From a virus (Duplodnaviria; Caudoviricetes), in IMG/VR virus record IMGVR_UViG_3300042402_002711, positions 1 through 53,405 of that record: a stretch of 53,405 nt of DNA. The stretch is one strand, 5' to 3'. The notes beneath the pieces were generated by a model. It saw nothing but the letters and a program-made list of their open reading frames with translations. It was not told the DNA's origin and ran no database searches. The stretch's first letter is position 1. Each line of letters opens with the position of its first letter. A program made the position numbers and the translations under genes. This document shows positions 18,692-28,148 of this stretch, piece after piece.

Positions 18692-19452
18692 TCGGAAAAG
18701 ACCTTCTCCATTACTCCTGATTTTGGAGAATAAGCATAGTATGCTGTTTGCTTTTTGATGTTTCCAGACTTTAGATATACAAGTCTTTCTTCTTGATTTT
18801 GCACATCATCAAGACAGATGCCTGTAGGCATAATATAGTCTTCAATACGGCTGATGATAATCCGCTCGTCGTTTTCCCAACCTATAACCTTATCATAGGC
18901 GAAACCTATTCTCTTGTCAACTTCCTTATATGGAAGTTTAGTTATTTCATTTATCAAAAAGAAATGAACCTCGTCTGTTTCTACTATATCGCTTGGTTTG
19001 CCCTTTGCATGACCTTCGATTGCAAGAGACATTTTATTTGGAGAAAGATGAAAATCCGTTATACGAAGAGCCAAGTCTCTTTTTGATTTCTCTGCAACAT
19101 AATCCCACTTTTTACCGTCTGTAATACAGATTATTGTAAATCCTTGGTAATCCTCTGCACACATAAGGTAATCCTTACCGTCTATGTGGTTTTCTACGAA
19201 AAGAAAAGGGAAATCTGCTTCATTTCTGATGACTTTTCCCATCTTTTCTCCATCTGAATTTCTAATGATTTCAACAACAGAGTAGAAAGGACATCGCCTG
19301 TCCTTAACAACATATGGAGTAAGCGTGAGTGAGTATTTCCCCAACGGAGATTGCCTTTTCTCTCTTTTGCCATTGATCGGCTTTCCTAGAGAAACTGCTT
19401 GAATGACTTTGGTGCGACGATCCTCATACCAAGGGTCAGTTGCGTAGTTCAT
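18682..19452 (-). CDS. Hypothetical protein (beta-rich)
   Basis: 256 aa ORF with SD GGAGG and no recognisable motif. Confidence 0.75.
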   Translation of the reverse strand: MNYATDPWYEDRRTKVIQAVSLGKPINGKREKRQSPLGKYSLTLTPYVVKDRRCPFYSVVEIIRNSDGEKMGKVIRNEADFPFLFVENHIDGKDYLMCAEDYQGFTIICITDGKKWDYVAEKSKRDLALRITDFHLSPNKMSLAIEGHAKGKPSDIVETDEVHFFLINEITKLPYKEVDKRIGFAYDKVIGWENDERIIISRIEDYIMPTGICLDDVQNQEERLVYLKSGNIKKQTAYYAYSPKSGVMEKVFSEWR

Positions 19453-19472
19453 CCTACCTCCGTTCCGAGAGG

Positions 19473-21203
19473 CTAGTTCGTGTATTCGACTAGAGCAGAG
19501 AAGTTGTTTCGCTTCTTGAACACTATTCGATTCTTGAACTTATCTCCCATTGATTCAGGGTTCTTGTGAGAAATAACAAAAACTCTCACATTACTATCTA
19601 TTGTCTTCAGAATGTCTAGGAAGGCATCTGTTGCCGAATCATCCAGAGAGCCATCTAAAATCTCATCTAAAATCAATAGATTGCAGTTCACGGAGTTCTT
19701 CTGTGAGGCAATGGCTCTCCATGCAAAGAGAAGAGCAAGATCAATTCTTCGTTTTTCTCCTTCTGAAAAACTCTCATAGGTAAACTCGTCTCGGTGACGG
19801 GATCGTATCTTCTCTTCAAAATTGTCATTCAGTTCAAAACTAACAAAGAAGTTCATCCGTGTAAGATAAGCATTGATGGTCTTGTTAATAACAGGAAGAT
19901 AGTGTGAGATAATACGCTTCTTGATTCCTGTATCTTTCAAAAGAATCGCTGCTGCATTATAAACAGCCGCAGTTTCTCCAGCATCACTCTTATTCTTATC
20001 AATATCTGTTTCCATAGCCTTAAACTTCTGGAGTTTCTCCTGTTCCGATACTTCGTCAGATCGGTCTTCGGAGATACGCTTGATTTCTGCTTGGAGTTGG
20101 CGGATATGTCTTTCTCCTGCCTCTCTGGATGAGAGGAGAGTATTGATTCTCCGCTGCTTCTCTTGAATCTCATCAAGGCTCTCCTTTGTTTTAGAGAGAG
20201 CATCCTGTGTCTCTGTGATTTTTTGTCCAATGTCATCCATGCCTCTTTTCATCTCGTCCATGCGAGATTTCTTTGCCTGAACTTGCGTTTCCTTGTGTTC
20301 AGCACAGATTCCTTGAAGGCAAGTAGGGCAAACATCGTTCTTTTCATAGAACGAAATTTCATTGGACAACGACTTCATATTTCCACGAATCTGAGTGCTT
20401 AGACTATTTAGTTTTGATAGCACAGATTCTTGTGTTTCTTTAGAGTTTCCAACAGAATTGAGAAGAGCATCTGCCTCTCCTTGAAGAGCCGTGATCCTCC
20501 CTGTGAGATCCTTCATCTCTGCTTCTGATGCTGCAATAGCCTGTTCCTTCTCCTCTATAAGACTATTGCTTCTATTCTTGAGCGAAAGTATAAACTTTGT
20601 CTGTATCTCTATCTTCTCACGAATCATAGCCAATCCATTCTCAAGATCACGCTGTTTTTCCTTGAGAGCAGATTGTCTTTCCTTCAGAAGAACATTCATC
20701 GTTGAAAAGATAGAGATATCCAAAAGATGTTCAACAATTGTACGACGATCTGCTGCCGTTAACTTCATAAACGGAACATAGTTCGTAGAACCCAATATGA
20801 CTACTTGGCAAAAGGACTTCTGATTGAATTTAAGAATCTGCTCTTCAAGAGTCTTCTGATAATCCTTGGCATTGGCACAGATATCTAGCAACTTTCCATC
20901 TTTGTGAATCTCAAAGACCTTTGGTGCTATACCACGACGAATATGGTACTGATGCCCACCAACAGAAAACTCAATCTCCACAAGGCAATCTTTTTCATTG
21001 ATAGAGTTTACCAACTGTGGGATATTGATATTTCGATAAGGCTTTCCAAAAAGCACAAAGGTGAGTGCGTCGAGAAGAGTGGTCTTCCCTGCGCCGTTCT
21101 CACCTGTGATTAGGGTTGTGTTGTGCCTCAACAGGTCAACCTCTGTAAAGGTATTCCCTGTGGATAGAAAATTACGCCAACGAATCTTTTCGAATGTAAT
21201 CAT
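19473..21203 (-). CDS. gp46: Recombination endonuclease subunit gp46 (Rad50/SbcC-like)
   Basis: NFLSTGN, GENGAGKT, CPTC zinc hook, FSEGEK signature, LLILDE and ISH. Confidence 0.97.
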   Translation of the reverse strand: MITFEKIRWRNFLSTGNTFTEVDLLRHNTTLITGENGAGKTTLLDALTFVLFGKPYRNINIPQLVNSINEKDCLVEIEFSVGGHQYHIRRGIAPKVFEIHKDGKLLDICANAKDYQKTLEEQILKFNQKSFCQVVILGSTNYVPFMKLTAADRRTIVEHLLDISIFSTMNVLLKERQSALKEKQRDLENGLAMIREKIEIQTKFILSLKNRSNSLIEEKEQAIAASEAEMKDLTGRITALQGEADALLNSVGNSKETQESVLSKLNSLSTQIRGNMKSLSNEISFYEKNDVCPTCLQGICAEHKETQVQAKKSRMDEMKRGMDDIGQKITETQDALSKTKESLDEIQEKQRRINTLLSSREAGERHIRQLQAEIKRISEDRSDEVSEQEKLQKFKAMETDIDKNKSDAGETAAVYNAAAILLKDTGIKKRIISHYLPVINKTINAYLTRMNFFVSFELNDNFEEKIRSRHRDEFTYESFSEGEKRRIDLALLFAWRAIASQKNSVNCNLLILDEILDGSLDDSATDAFLDILKTIDSNVRVFVISHKNPESMGDKFKNRIVFKKRNNFSALVEYTN

Positions 21204-21240
21204 GGTATAAAAATCACAAAACTAACTTACTTGAATGACT

Positions 21241-21774
21241 TTACATATCGCCGTCATTAGTAGCAGGATTCTCTCCCTTATAGTTATCTTCAACATATGT
21301 GAAGAACTTCTTCTTCTCTTCAGGAGTCATTTCAGCAATGCTAGACTTTCCAAATTTCTTTAGTGCTGCTTGAAAAAATTTCTTGTATCCATCTGACTCC
21401 TCGGTCATTTCCTCTGCCCCTTTGTCAGCCTCTTTTGAGAGATTTTTTGCTCCTTTTTTGACTGTGGCAAAAACAGCAGGATTGCTTGTGATGATGTTGA
21501 TAAGAGACATCAGCATATTGATAAGATCAGATCTAACAGAGACATTCTTCATTGCCTTTTCTGGATCTTTTAGTGCTGTGCGAACTCGGGCAACTCTACC
21601 AGAATCAACAAGACCTGAACGCATAAGCATCGTTACACGATTGGGGTCTTCTAGTGCTTCTACGAGTTCTTGTGCAGCAAACTCCATGTCCTCTGCAAGA
21701 GTAGACGATACTTCCTTCTTCAGAATTCGGTTTACTTGCTCATTAAGATTACGATACTTTTCGATCTTATCCAT
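21241..21774 (-). CDS. Hypothetical, putative internal head protein
   Basis: ATG 21774 with SD AAGGAG. Shares a ~65 aa domain with the upstream gene and ends in a YKKFFQAALKKFG...KKKFFTYVE helical motif. Confidence 0.7.
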   Translation of the reverse strand: MDKIEKYRNLNEQVNRILKKEVSSTLAEDMEFAAQELVEALEDPNRVTMLMRSGLVDSGRVARVRTALKDPEKAMKNVSVRSDLINMLMSLINIITSNPAVFATVKKGAKNLSKEADKGAEEMTEESDGYKKFFQAALKKFGKSSIAEMTPEEKKKFFTYVEDNYKGENPATNDGDM

Positions 21775-21807
21775 TTTCTTCTCCTTGTGGTGTGTTTTCA
21801 ATGTGTA

Positions 21808-23550
21808 TTATGCATACATTGAATATTTTGCTAATTCTTCTTTGAGAATTTTCTCTATTGTTTTTGTAAGAGACTCATGCAGTTGTTCTCCTGCTGTTGG
21901 TTCTCTTTCTTCTTTCTTTGTTTCTTGTGGATTTTCTGCTGCCTTTCCGCTCTTTCTCTCTAAACCGTACTCATTTCCCCACTTGTTTGATTCACCAACC
22001 AGTTCTTCCATTTCCATGTCAACCACAGTGGTATTGACAGTGAATGGCTCTTTGCGGCCATCCATAAGGTCAAGAGTTGTAATAGCAGCCCAACGGTGGT
22101 GTCCGTCAAGCACATAACCATCTTTAGAAACAATCAAAGGTTCAAGCAAGCCCTCATCTCCACAGTTTCCATTTCCACAGTTACCAGAGGTATCCTTGCA
22201 TTGCTTTTGCTTTGTAAGAGGATCAAGACCACCACAAGAGTCTAGTAAACGCTTTGTTCTACCTGCTTTTAATCCATTAACCATTCCCATGACTTTCTCA
22301 CCAACCAAATCCATTTGGGTAGCCTTCATTTCAGATGCAGCCATAGACTTACCCTCATCAACCTTCACACCCTTGTTCTTCAGATGCTCAAGGAATTTCT
22401 TTTCAGCATTTGCCTCTCCATCCTTCACCGGAAGATGATTTGGATCTGAAGGAGGCAACTGGCTATCTTTTTCTGCTTGTGTGCCTGGTAATATTGCAGT
22501 CTTTAGTTGTGGCATTTTCTTTCTTGGTATTCCAAGGTTATCACCACAGTAGAGATTTGTTCCAGGCACTGTTACCTTACAAAGATCGAAATCTGGAGCA
22601 TTGCCTTGTTCTTTATTTACTCTATCTTCTGCTGCTTTCTTTGCAGCACTTTTTTCCATACCCCCTGCTTCAAATTCTTTCTGATATTTCTTTGCTGCCT
22701 TGAATCTATCTTGCATTACTTGTGCGACCTTATCCAATCTTGTTGCTATTTTCTTCTCCTGTTTGGGATCAGAACCCATAGCACCTTCGGTAGAATCAGG
22801 ACCATCAAACTCGGTGCTTGCTTTCTTTGAAACAATAGGTTTTGCTGCACCAGTCTGCACATTCTTCTTTACTGCTTGTTTGACTGCTTCTTTTCCTGCT
22901 TGTGCCTTTTCTGCCTTTGCCTGTGCTGCGCTTATTTCGCCTTTAGCATAAGCAGTTGCCTTTTCTTTTGCAGTTTCTCCATATTCAGCCTTTGACCAAT
23001 AGACAGATTCTCCTGCGCTATTCTTTCCAGCCCAAGAGTTTTCTGTTTCCCATACAGATCCTGGTTCATGTTTTGCCCCTTCTCCAAGAACACGGCTTAT
23101 TCTTGCGATTCTACGAGCATCATCTGTAGCACCAAGAGTATTTCTGTACTCTCTGATGGTACTTACAAACTCTTCATAAACTTCAGACTTATTTCTTTTC
23201 ATATCCGATTCCTCTTTGCTCTCATCTAGCAGAAAATTTCTGAACCTTGCCCATGCAGCAGGATCAGATACCACTATGTAGTTTAGTGTTTTTATCATTA
23301 GGTCATAGAGTTGATTTCTTATCTTTGGAGAGACACCAAACCGTTTAGGGTCTTTCAAAACATTTGTCATCTGATACACTACTTCATCTGGAACTAGCCC
23401 TGCCCGAGCCAATTGCAAGAGCCTTGGATAATTCTTGATTTCATACTCTGGATTTGTCTCTGGTGCTGGAGTCTGCGCCTCAACCAATGTCATATCCTGC
23501 CTCAAATGAGACAGAATACTTCTAATTTCTTTACTAATTTCTTTATCCAT
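21808..23550 (-). CDS. Multidomain protein with C-terminal ParB/sulfiredoxin-like domain, putative internal head protein
   Basis: ATG 23550 with SD AGGAG. Contains GIPRKKMPQ, MKATQ and PLIVSKDGYVLDGHHRWAA (ParB-N motif). Preceded by a late-promoter motif. Confidence 0.75.
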   Translation of the reverse strand: MDKEISKEIRSILSHLRQDMTLVEAQTPAPETNPEYEIKNYPRLLQLARAGLVPDEVVYQMTNVLKDPKRFGVSPKIRNQLYDLMIKTLNYIVVSDPAAWARFRNFLLDESKEESDMKRNKSEVYEEFVSTIREYRNTLGATDDARRIARISRVLGEGAKHEPGSVWETENSWAGKNSAGESVYWSKAEYGETAKEKATAYAKGEISAAQAKAEKAQAGKEAVKQAVKKNVQTGAAKPIVSKKASTEFDGPDSTEGAMGSDPKQEKKIATRLDKVAQVMQDRFKAAKKYQKEFEAGGMEKSAAKKAAEDRVNKEQGNAPDFDLCKVTVPGTNLYCGDNLGIPRKKMPQLKTAILPGTQAEKDSQLPPSDPNHLPVKDGEANAEKKFLEHLKNKGVKVDEGKSMAASEMKATQMDLVGEKVMGMVNGLKAGRTKRLLDSCGGLDPLTKQKQCKDTSGNCGNGNCGDEGLLEPLIVSKDGYVLDGHHRWAAITTLDLMDGRKEPFTVNTTVVDMEMEELVGESNKWGNEYGLERKSGKAAENPQETKKEEREPTAGEQLHESLTKTIEKILKEELAKYSMYA

Positions 23551-23576
23551 CAGTTCTCCTAGCCATATTCTCACTA

Positions 23577-23583
23577 TATGTAG
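23577..23583 (-). promoter_or_regulatory. Putative late promoter CTACATA
   Basis: Intergenic, immediately after the gp47 stop and 27 nt before the ATG. Confidence 0.65.
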
Positions 23584-23587
23584 GATT

Positions 23588-24625
23588 TCATAGGCTTAGG
23601 CTGTCTGTATACAGATCACGGATCACTGTTTTTAGTTTTTCTTTGTCTATGGTAATTTCCATACCATCTATTGTCTCATTTATAAGTTCAACCGTTCCCT
23701 TTGACATATCAATCCGTTCTTCCCCGAACTCCTCCTCTGCGTGTTCCTCTACTATCGAAAGGTTTGCCACTCCAGCGGCTATCAGCCCCTCACAGAGGCT
23801 TCCAAAGGCGATCTCGTCCCGTTTCCCTGTCACGACGATACGCAGATAAGAGTCCTTGTATCGGGCAAGATCAAGCCCACTATAATTGCTCTCCGTATCG
23901 TTGTAGAACAACTTATGGTACATCTTATGTGGATTTTCTACAAATTCCAACCCGAGAGTCTTCGTGTCAAAGACATGAAATCCCTTTCTCTCGTTTACAT
24001 CCGAAAAATTGAGGTCATACTGTGTACCAAGATAGTGCACATTTCCCCTGTACTGTCGGCAATGGAAGTGACCAGACATTACAAGATCAAACTTATGGAG
24101 AATATTGTCAGACATTCCTCCATTATGGTTGATGCCTCGCATAACCTCATAGCCGTCCAGTTCTAGATGCCCTACAAGCACTGGTGCAACAGAGGAGTCC
24201 AATGCCTCTTCACACTCTTCACTATTCTCACGATTCACCCAAGGAAGAAAAAGAACAGAACAACCATCAAAATCTACGGTTGTTGGAGTTTCGTAAAGGT
24301 GAATATGGTTGTGAAATAGTTCACGAAGAGAATTGAGATTGTTTGTATTCTTCCAATAGGTGTCGTGGTTTCCTGTAATGCAGTGTACCTCTACACCCAT
24401 CTCCTCTAGAGGAGTAAAGAATCTCTTCTTTACGAGTGAAAGAGTATTGAAATTGACATACTTTCTGCGGTCAAGCAGATCACCCATGTGAATAACTGTG
24501 GTTATGCCATGTTCCTTTAGGTAAGGAAAGAATATCTCCTCAAAAAACTTGAAAGAGTATTCCAAGAATAAAGGAGAATCATTACGGACACCAAAATGGG
24601 TATCAGAGATTACTGCGATCTTCAT
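23588..24625 (-). CDS. gp47: Recombination endonuclease subunit gp47 (Mre11/SbcD-like)
   Basis: SDTHFG, GDLLDRR, GNHD and SGHFH metallophosphoesterase motifs. Confidence 0.97.
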   Translation of the reverse strand: MKIAVISDTHFGVRNDSPLFLEYSFKFFEEIFFPYLKEHGITTVIHMGDLLDRRKYVNFNTLSLVKKRFFTPLEEMGVEVHCITGNHDTYWKNTNNLNSLRELFHNHIHLYETPTTVDFDGCSVLFLPWVNRENSEECEEALDSSVAPVLVGHLELDGYEVMRGINHNGGMSDNILHKFDLVMSGHFHCRQYRGNVHYLGTQYDLNFSDVNERKGFHVFDTKTLGLEFVENPHKMYHKLFYNDTESNYSGLDLARYKDSYLRIVVTGKRDEIAFGSLCEGLIAAGVANLSIVEEHAEEEFGEERIDMSKGTVELINETIDGMEITIDKEKLKTVIRDLYTDSLSL

Positions 24626-25226
24626 CGGTTTCCTCGAAAAGATTCTCTAGACCTTTAGGCTTCTTTGCCTTCTTCTTTTTCTTGCCTCTTTTGTCTTCTT
24701 TTTCTAGTTCCCGTGTAAAATTGTCGATATCGTTTTCAGAAAGGTCAAATTTCTTTGCAGCAAAATCACGGTATTCAAAAGAAGAATCATTCTCTTCCAA
24801 ACCTTTCATTCTGTTTGCAAACTTACCAAGACTTCCCTCTGCAATCTTGTCTTTTACCATCTTGTATTTGATAAACGACTGCTTCTTTTCCCTTTGAATA
24901 CGGCGAAGAAAGGCATAGTAGATGATTTGTGTAAAATAAGAGAAAGGATTAGAACTCTTGTCTGGATCAAAATTTGCAGCATAGACAACACAGTTTTCGA
25001 CTGCATCGCATATCATCTCATCACGATATGCATAATGTGCAAAATTTGGCTTTGAAGATAGTTGTTCTGCAATCTTTAGAAAACACTCTCCAATATAAGG
25101 AGTAACGGGAGGTTCTTTCTCTCCTGTTTGCTCGGCTTCATGTACTGTTTTCTTCCATTCTTGCATTTCACGGAAGAAACGCTCGTTGTCGATATAGTGG
25201 TCACGCTTTTGTCGTTTGCTGCTCAA
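24603..25226 (-). CDS. gp55: Late-transcription sigma factor gp55
   Basis: HYIDN, YIGECFLKIA, YRDEMICDA and NPFSYFTQIIYYAFLRRIQREKKQ. Likely TTG start at 25226, 6 nt after SD AAGGAG. Confidence 0.96.
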   Translation of the reverse strand: MSSKRQKRDHYIDNERFFREMQEWKKTVHEAEQTGEKEPPVTPYIGECFLKIAEQLSSKPNFAHYAYRDEMICDAVENCVVYAANFDPDKSSNPFSYFTQIIYYAFLRRIQREKKQSFIKYKMVKDKIAEGSLGKFANRMKGLEENDSSFEYRDFAAKKFDLSENDIDNFTRELEKEDKRGKKKKKAKKPKGLENLFEETDEDRSNL

Positions 25227-25250
25227 CAGAGTCTCCTTTGGTAGTGCAGT

Positions 25251-25279
25251 AGTATGCACCAGAGCGAACAGAAAGTCAA
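25251..25279 (-). promoter_or_regulatory. Sigma70-type promoter for gp55
   Basis: TTGACT - 17 nt - CATACT on the minus strand. Confidence 0.65.
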
Positions 25280-25368
25280 ATACAATGTTTACCTTTTTAT
25301 TCTAATTCAGCACTTTGTCTATGGCTGGTGGTTCTTTGCACACATAAGTAGTGTGTCAGGATTCAATA

Positions 25369-25397
25369 ATGAACTCTATACTCAGTACAGGGTTCAT
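25369..25397 (-). terminator. Stem-loop overlapping the stop of the upstream gene
   Basis: AUGAACCCUGUAC-UGA-GUAUAGAGUUCAU, 13-bp stem with one G-U pair and one mismatch. Weak U tract. Confidence 0.4.
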
Positions 25398-26104
25398 TTA
25401 GGAAACCCAAAACGACCATTCCAACCTGGAGGATGGTCGTCATCTTTTTTAGGCTTCTTGGGAGACTTTCCTTCAGGAGGGTTAGGCTTTGAAGGCGGTT
25501 CTCCTTCTTCATCGTCATCACCAAAATCTTCATCATCGGGCATCTCCTGCCCCCATCCATCAAACATGGGCATATTGAGAATAATATTCAAGAATACATC
25601 AGGTGGCATAGAAAAAGATGCTGTAACCATTGGTGACATTCCACCAGACCCCAGCATTTTTGCTAACATATCATCCAAATTTGGATTTGACTTGCCTGTG
25701 TCTCCACTCTTTTGGATCAAATCCTGAATCATATCATTCATGGTTGTATCTGCGGCTTTCTTTTCCGCAGCCTTCTTGCCTTTTGCTAGTTGAGGCTTTG
25801 GGGTATCCATGATTTTCAATTCTTGTTCATACTTTGCAATAAGATCCGGTGATGGAGTAGCCTCCATCACGATATAGTCATTGGGAATCTCACACTCTAT
25901 TTGAGTTGTGAATTCAAGCCAATCACGAAACACACAAATGGTCTTTCTCACCTGACCTGTAAGAGGATCAAGAAGAGTAGATCTTTGCAGTTGGAGAGGT
26001 CTACTCAAAGGTAGACATCCTTTCTTTGATCCATTTCTCTTTGCTACGATTTCATCGCCACTACGGAGTTTTAGTATGACGAATTCCGATTTCTCTGCTG
26101 TCAT
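25394..26104 (-). CDS. Hypothetical protein between uvsW and gp55 (Sm-like N-terminal domain, disordered C-terminus)
   Basis: ILKLRSGDEIVAK...PL...W pattern, at the position typical of environmental T4-like phages. SD AAGGAG. CTAGATA motif at 26120-26126. Confidence 0.65.
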   Translation of the reverse strand: MTAEKSEFVILKLRSGDEIVAKRNGSKKGCLPLSRPLQLQRSTLLDPLTGQVRKTICVFRDWLEFTTQIECEIPNDYIVMEATPSPDLIAKYEQELKIMDTPKPQLAKGKKAAEKKAADTTMNDMIQDLIQKSGDTGKSNPNLDDMLAKMLGSGGMSPMVTASFSMPPDVFLNIILNMPMFDGWGQEMPDDEDFGDDDEEGEPPSKPNPPEGKSPKKPKKDDDHPPGWNGRFGFPK

Positions 26105-26114
26105 TTGTACTCCT

Positions 26115-27623
26115 TCATATATCTAGACGAACTAGACGGTAGTTGAACTTCTCTTGTATGTATAGGTTCACCCTCTCGGTGAGATGCTTGAGGGTATGGT
26201 TACGGTGGGACTTGATTGACAGGTCATCACCAATATCAAACAATTTTGCACACTCTTTGTGTTCGGATTTACGGAGTTGCCGACCAATAGATTGCAGAAC
26301 ACGAATCCTTGACTTTGATGGTGAGGCAAAGATAACATTGTGTAGTCTTCGGATTGAGACTCCAGTCGAGAATGTTCCATATGATGCAACAATGATTGCA
26401 TTTTCGTTTGCCTCTGCCAACTGCCGCACCTCTTCTCTTGCATCCGCTTCTGTGGCTCCATACACCAGGAAAACCTGATGCTTTCCCGCAGAAAGTTTTT
26501 CAATCTGTTCGTGTAGAGCCTTTCCGTGTTCTATGAATTGGAAGAGAACAAGAGTATTTCCCTTTAGATTTACAGCCATCTCGGAAATGAATCGGTTACG
26601 CTTGGGGTTCTCTGTGAGCCATTTGATCTCTTCGGCGTACTTCATTCCCTTTACATCACGCCTCTGATCTTCAGGATATTTGAGAGTAATACACTCAATG
26701 GAAAGATCAGACAGGAGATTCTTGTCCATGAGGTCTTTGGTGCTTGTAACCTTTACAACCTTTCCAAACAGTCCCTCAATGACCAATTTATGTGTCTGTG
26801 AACCGTCAAGTGTTCCTGTTGTTCCTATTCTGTAGTAGGCGTTCTTCGACTTTTCCATGATTGAGGTAAGACTCTTTGCCTTGAATAGATGACACTCGTC
26901 CCCAAATATCGCAAAGAATCCTTCAAAGTAGTCTGCCTTCATGCGGAAGAGCGACTGCCATGTAGAGATAATCACACGGGCTTTGGTTGTCTTCTCTTGT
27001 CCGGAGAAAATAGTCTGGCAGTTTCGCTTTACATCCCATCCGTTTGCCTGTGAATAGTCCAAGAAATCCGAATACATCTGATTGACAAGACCCACTGTGG
27101 GAACAATAAGAAGTATGCGCTTGCTTGGATCTGTTTCAACATGGTCAAGCAAATAACGAATTGTAGAATAGATGACAAGAGACTTTCCGCTTGCAGTCGG
27201 AGAAAGTAGCAAGCACCGTTGATCGTTGATTGCTGTTTCTATTGCATCAATCTGATGGCTGTGTGGAGTGATAGGCTTTCCTGCCGCTGTTAACTGAAGA
27301 CCTGTGAGATATTCTTGTAGTTCTTCTCTTGCTACAGCAGATTGCGGGTAGTCACACTTCTTTAGAAAGTCAAAGGGGTATCCACGGTCTTGTGCAAATT
27401 TCGCAAGGTAGTCGGCAAGTCCTGCATAGAGCCGCTTGTCGTGGGTATTGAAAAGACGAATATTGCCATCCCACATCTTGTTTCGATATGCTGGCATGAA
27501 CTGATATCCAGGAACCTTGAATGTAAAGAAGTCCGAGATCTCTTGCGACACAGATCGTTCGCATTCGACCTTGAGAAATACTGCATCCTGTTGGGTGGCT
27601 ATAATATCATTCATCTCATCCAT
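26115..27623 (-). CDS. uvsW: UvsW SF2 DNA helicase
   Basis: WDGNIRLF, SPTASGKS, DECH, GTTGT and QSIGR. Start probably 27623 or 27614, next to ATAAATA at 27623-27629. Confidence 0.96.
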   Translation of the reverse strand: MDEMNDIIATQQDAVFLKVECERSVSQEISDFFTFKVPGYQFMPAYRNKMWDGNIRLFNTHDKRLYAGLADYLAKFAQDRGYPFDFLKKCDYPQSAVAREELQEYLTGLQLTAAGKPITPHSHQIDAIETAINDQRCLLLSPTASGKSLVIYSTIRYLLDHVETDPSKRILLIVPTVGLVNQMYSDFLDYSQANGWDVKRNCQTIFSGQEKTTKARVIISTWQSLFRMKADYFEGFFAIFGDECHLFKAKSLTSIMEKSKNAYYRIGTTGTLDGSQTHKLVIEGLFGKVVKVTSTKDLMDKNLLSDLSIECITLKYPEDQRRDVKGMKYAEEIKWLTENPKRNRFISEMAVNLKGNTLVLFQFIEHGKALHEQIEKLSAGKHQVFLVYGATEADAREEVRQLAEANENAIIVASYGTFSTGVSIRRLHNVIFASPSKSRIRVLQSIGRQLRKSEHKECAKLFDIGDDLSIKSHRNHTLKHLTERVNLYIQEKFNYRLVRLDI

Positions 27624-27676
27624 ATTTATGGATTGAGAATCGTCTGAAATATTACAGTCTTCCCACGGATATAGGT

Positions 27677-28111
27677 TCATACTCCACCCAGGAACTTCTT
27701 CCAGTCAATAGCATTGCGAATAAGCCACCCACGATTGGCAATAGCCTTTACGGTTGACTCAATGTAGTCTACACGCTCTTCTTGTAACTGAATTCTTCCC
27801 TTGAGACGGTTCATGTCTTTATCGCCTTCAAGGTACATATCGACATCGTTCTTCAGAACACGGAGTTGGAATGGCTCCCACCCACGCTCTTTGAGAGTAG
27901 TCTCGTCTAGTTTTCCTGTGTAGTATTCATATTTGATACGAGTCAATTCTCCCATGTCATTGCGGAGTTTCTTTAGCATCAGTTTCTCTGAATAGAGGTG
28001 CTTTAGATACTTGTTATGCAACTGTGGGATGCGTAGAGACTCGGTATCAAGTTGAGTTTCGTCAAAGGACAGGTCTTTTTCGATTTGTTCTTGTAGTTCT
28101 TCAAAAGTCAT
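27677..28111 (-). CDS. uvsY: UvsY recombination mediator
   Basis: LDTESLRIPQLHNKY, YEYYTGK and RGWLIRNAIDW. Confidence 0.93.
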   Translation of the reverse strand: MTFEELQEQIEKDLSFDETQLDTESLRIPQLHNKYLKHLYSEKLMLKKLRNDMGELTRIKYEYYTGKLDETTLKERGWEPFQLRVLKNDVDMYLEGDKDMNRLKGRIQLQEERVDYIESTVKAIANRGWLIRNAIDWKKFLGGV

Positions 28112-28120
28112 AGTGTAAGG

Positions 28121-28148
28121 ATTGTATCACGGATTCAGTTGTAATCAA
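28121..28148 (-). promoter_or_regulatory. Sigma70-type (extended -10) promoter for uvsY
   Basis: TTGATT - 16 nt - TACAAT, with TG one base upstream of the -10. Confidence 0.6.

Noticed and set aside
21383-22117. 244-aa plus-strand ORF and the many other plus-strand ORFs in the track
   Set aside because: They lie antisense to well-supported minus-strand genes, have the Ser/Phe-rich composition typical of shadow ORFs, and show no motifs.
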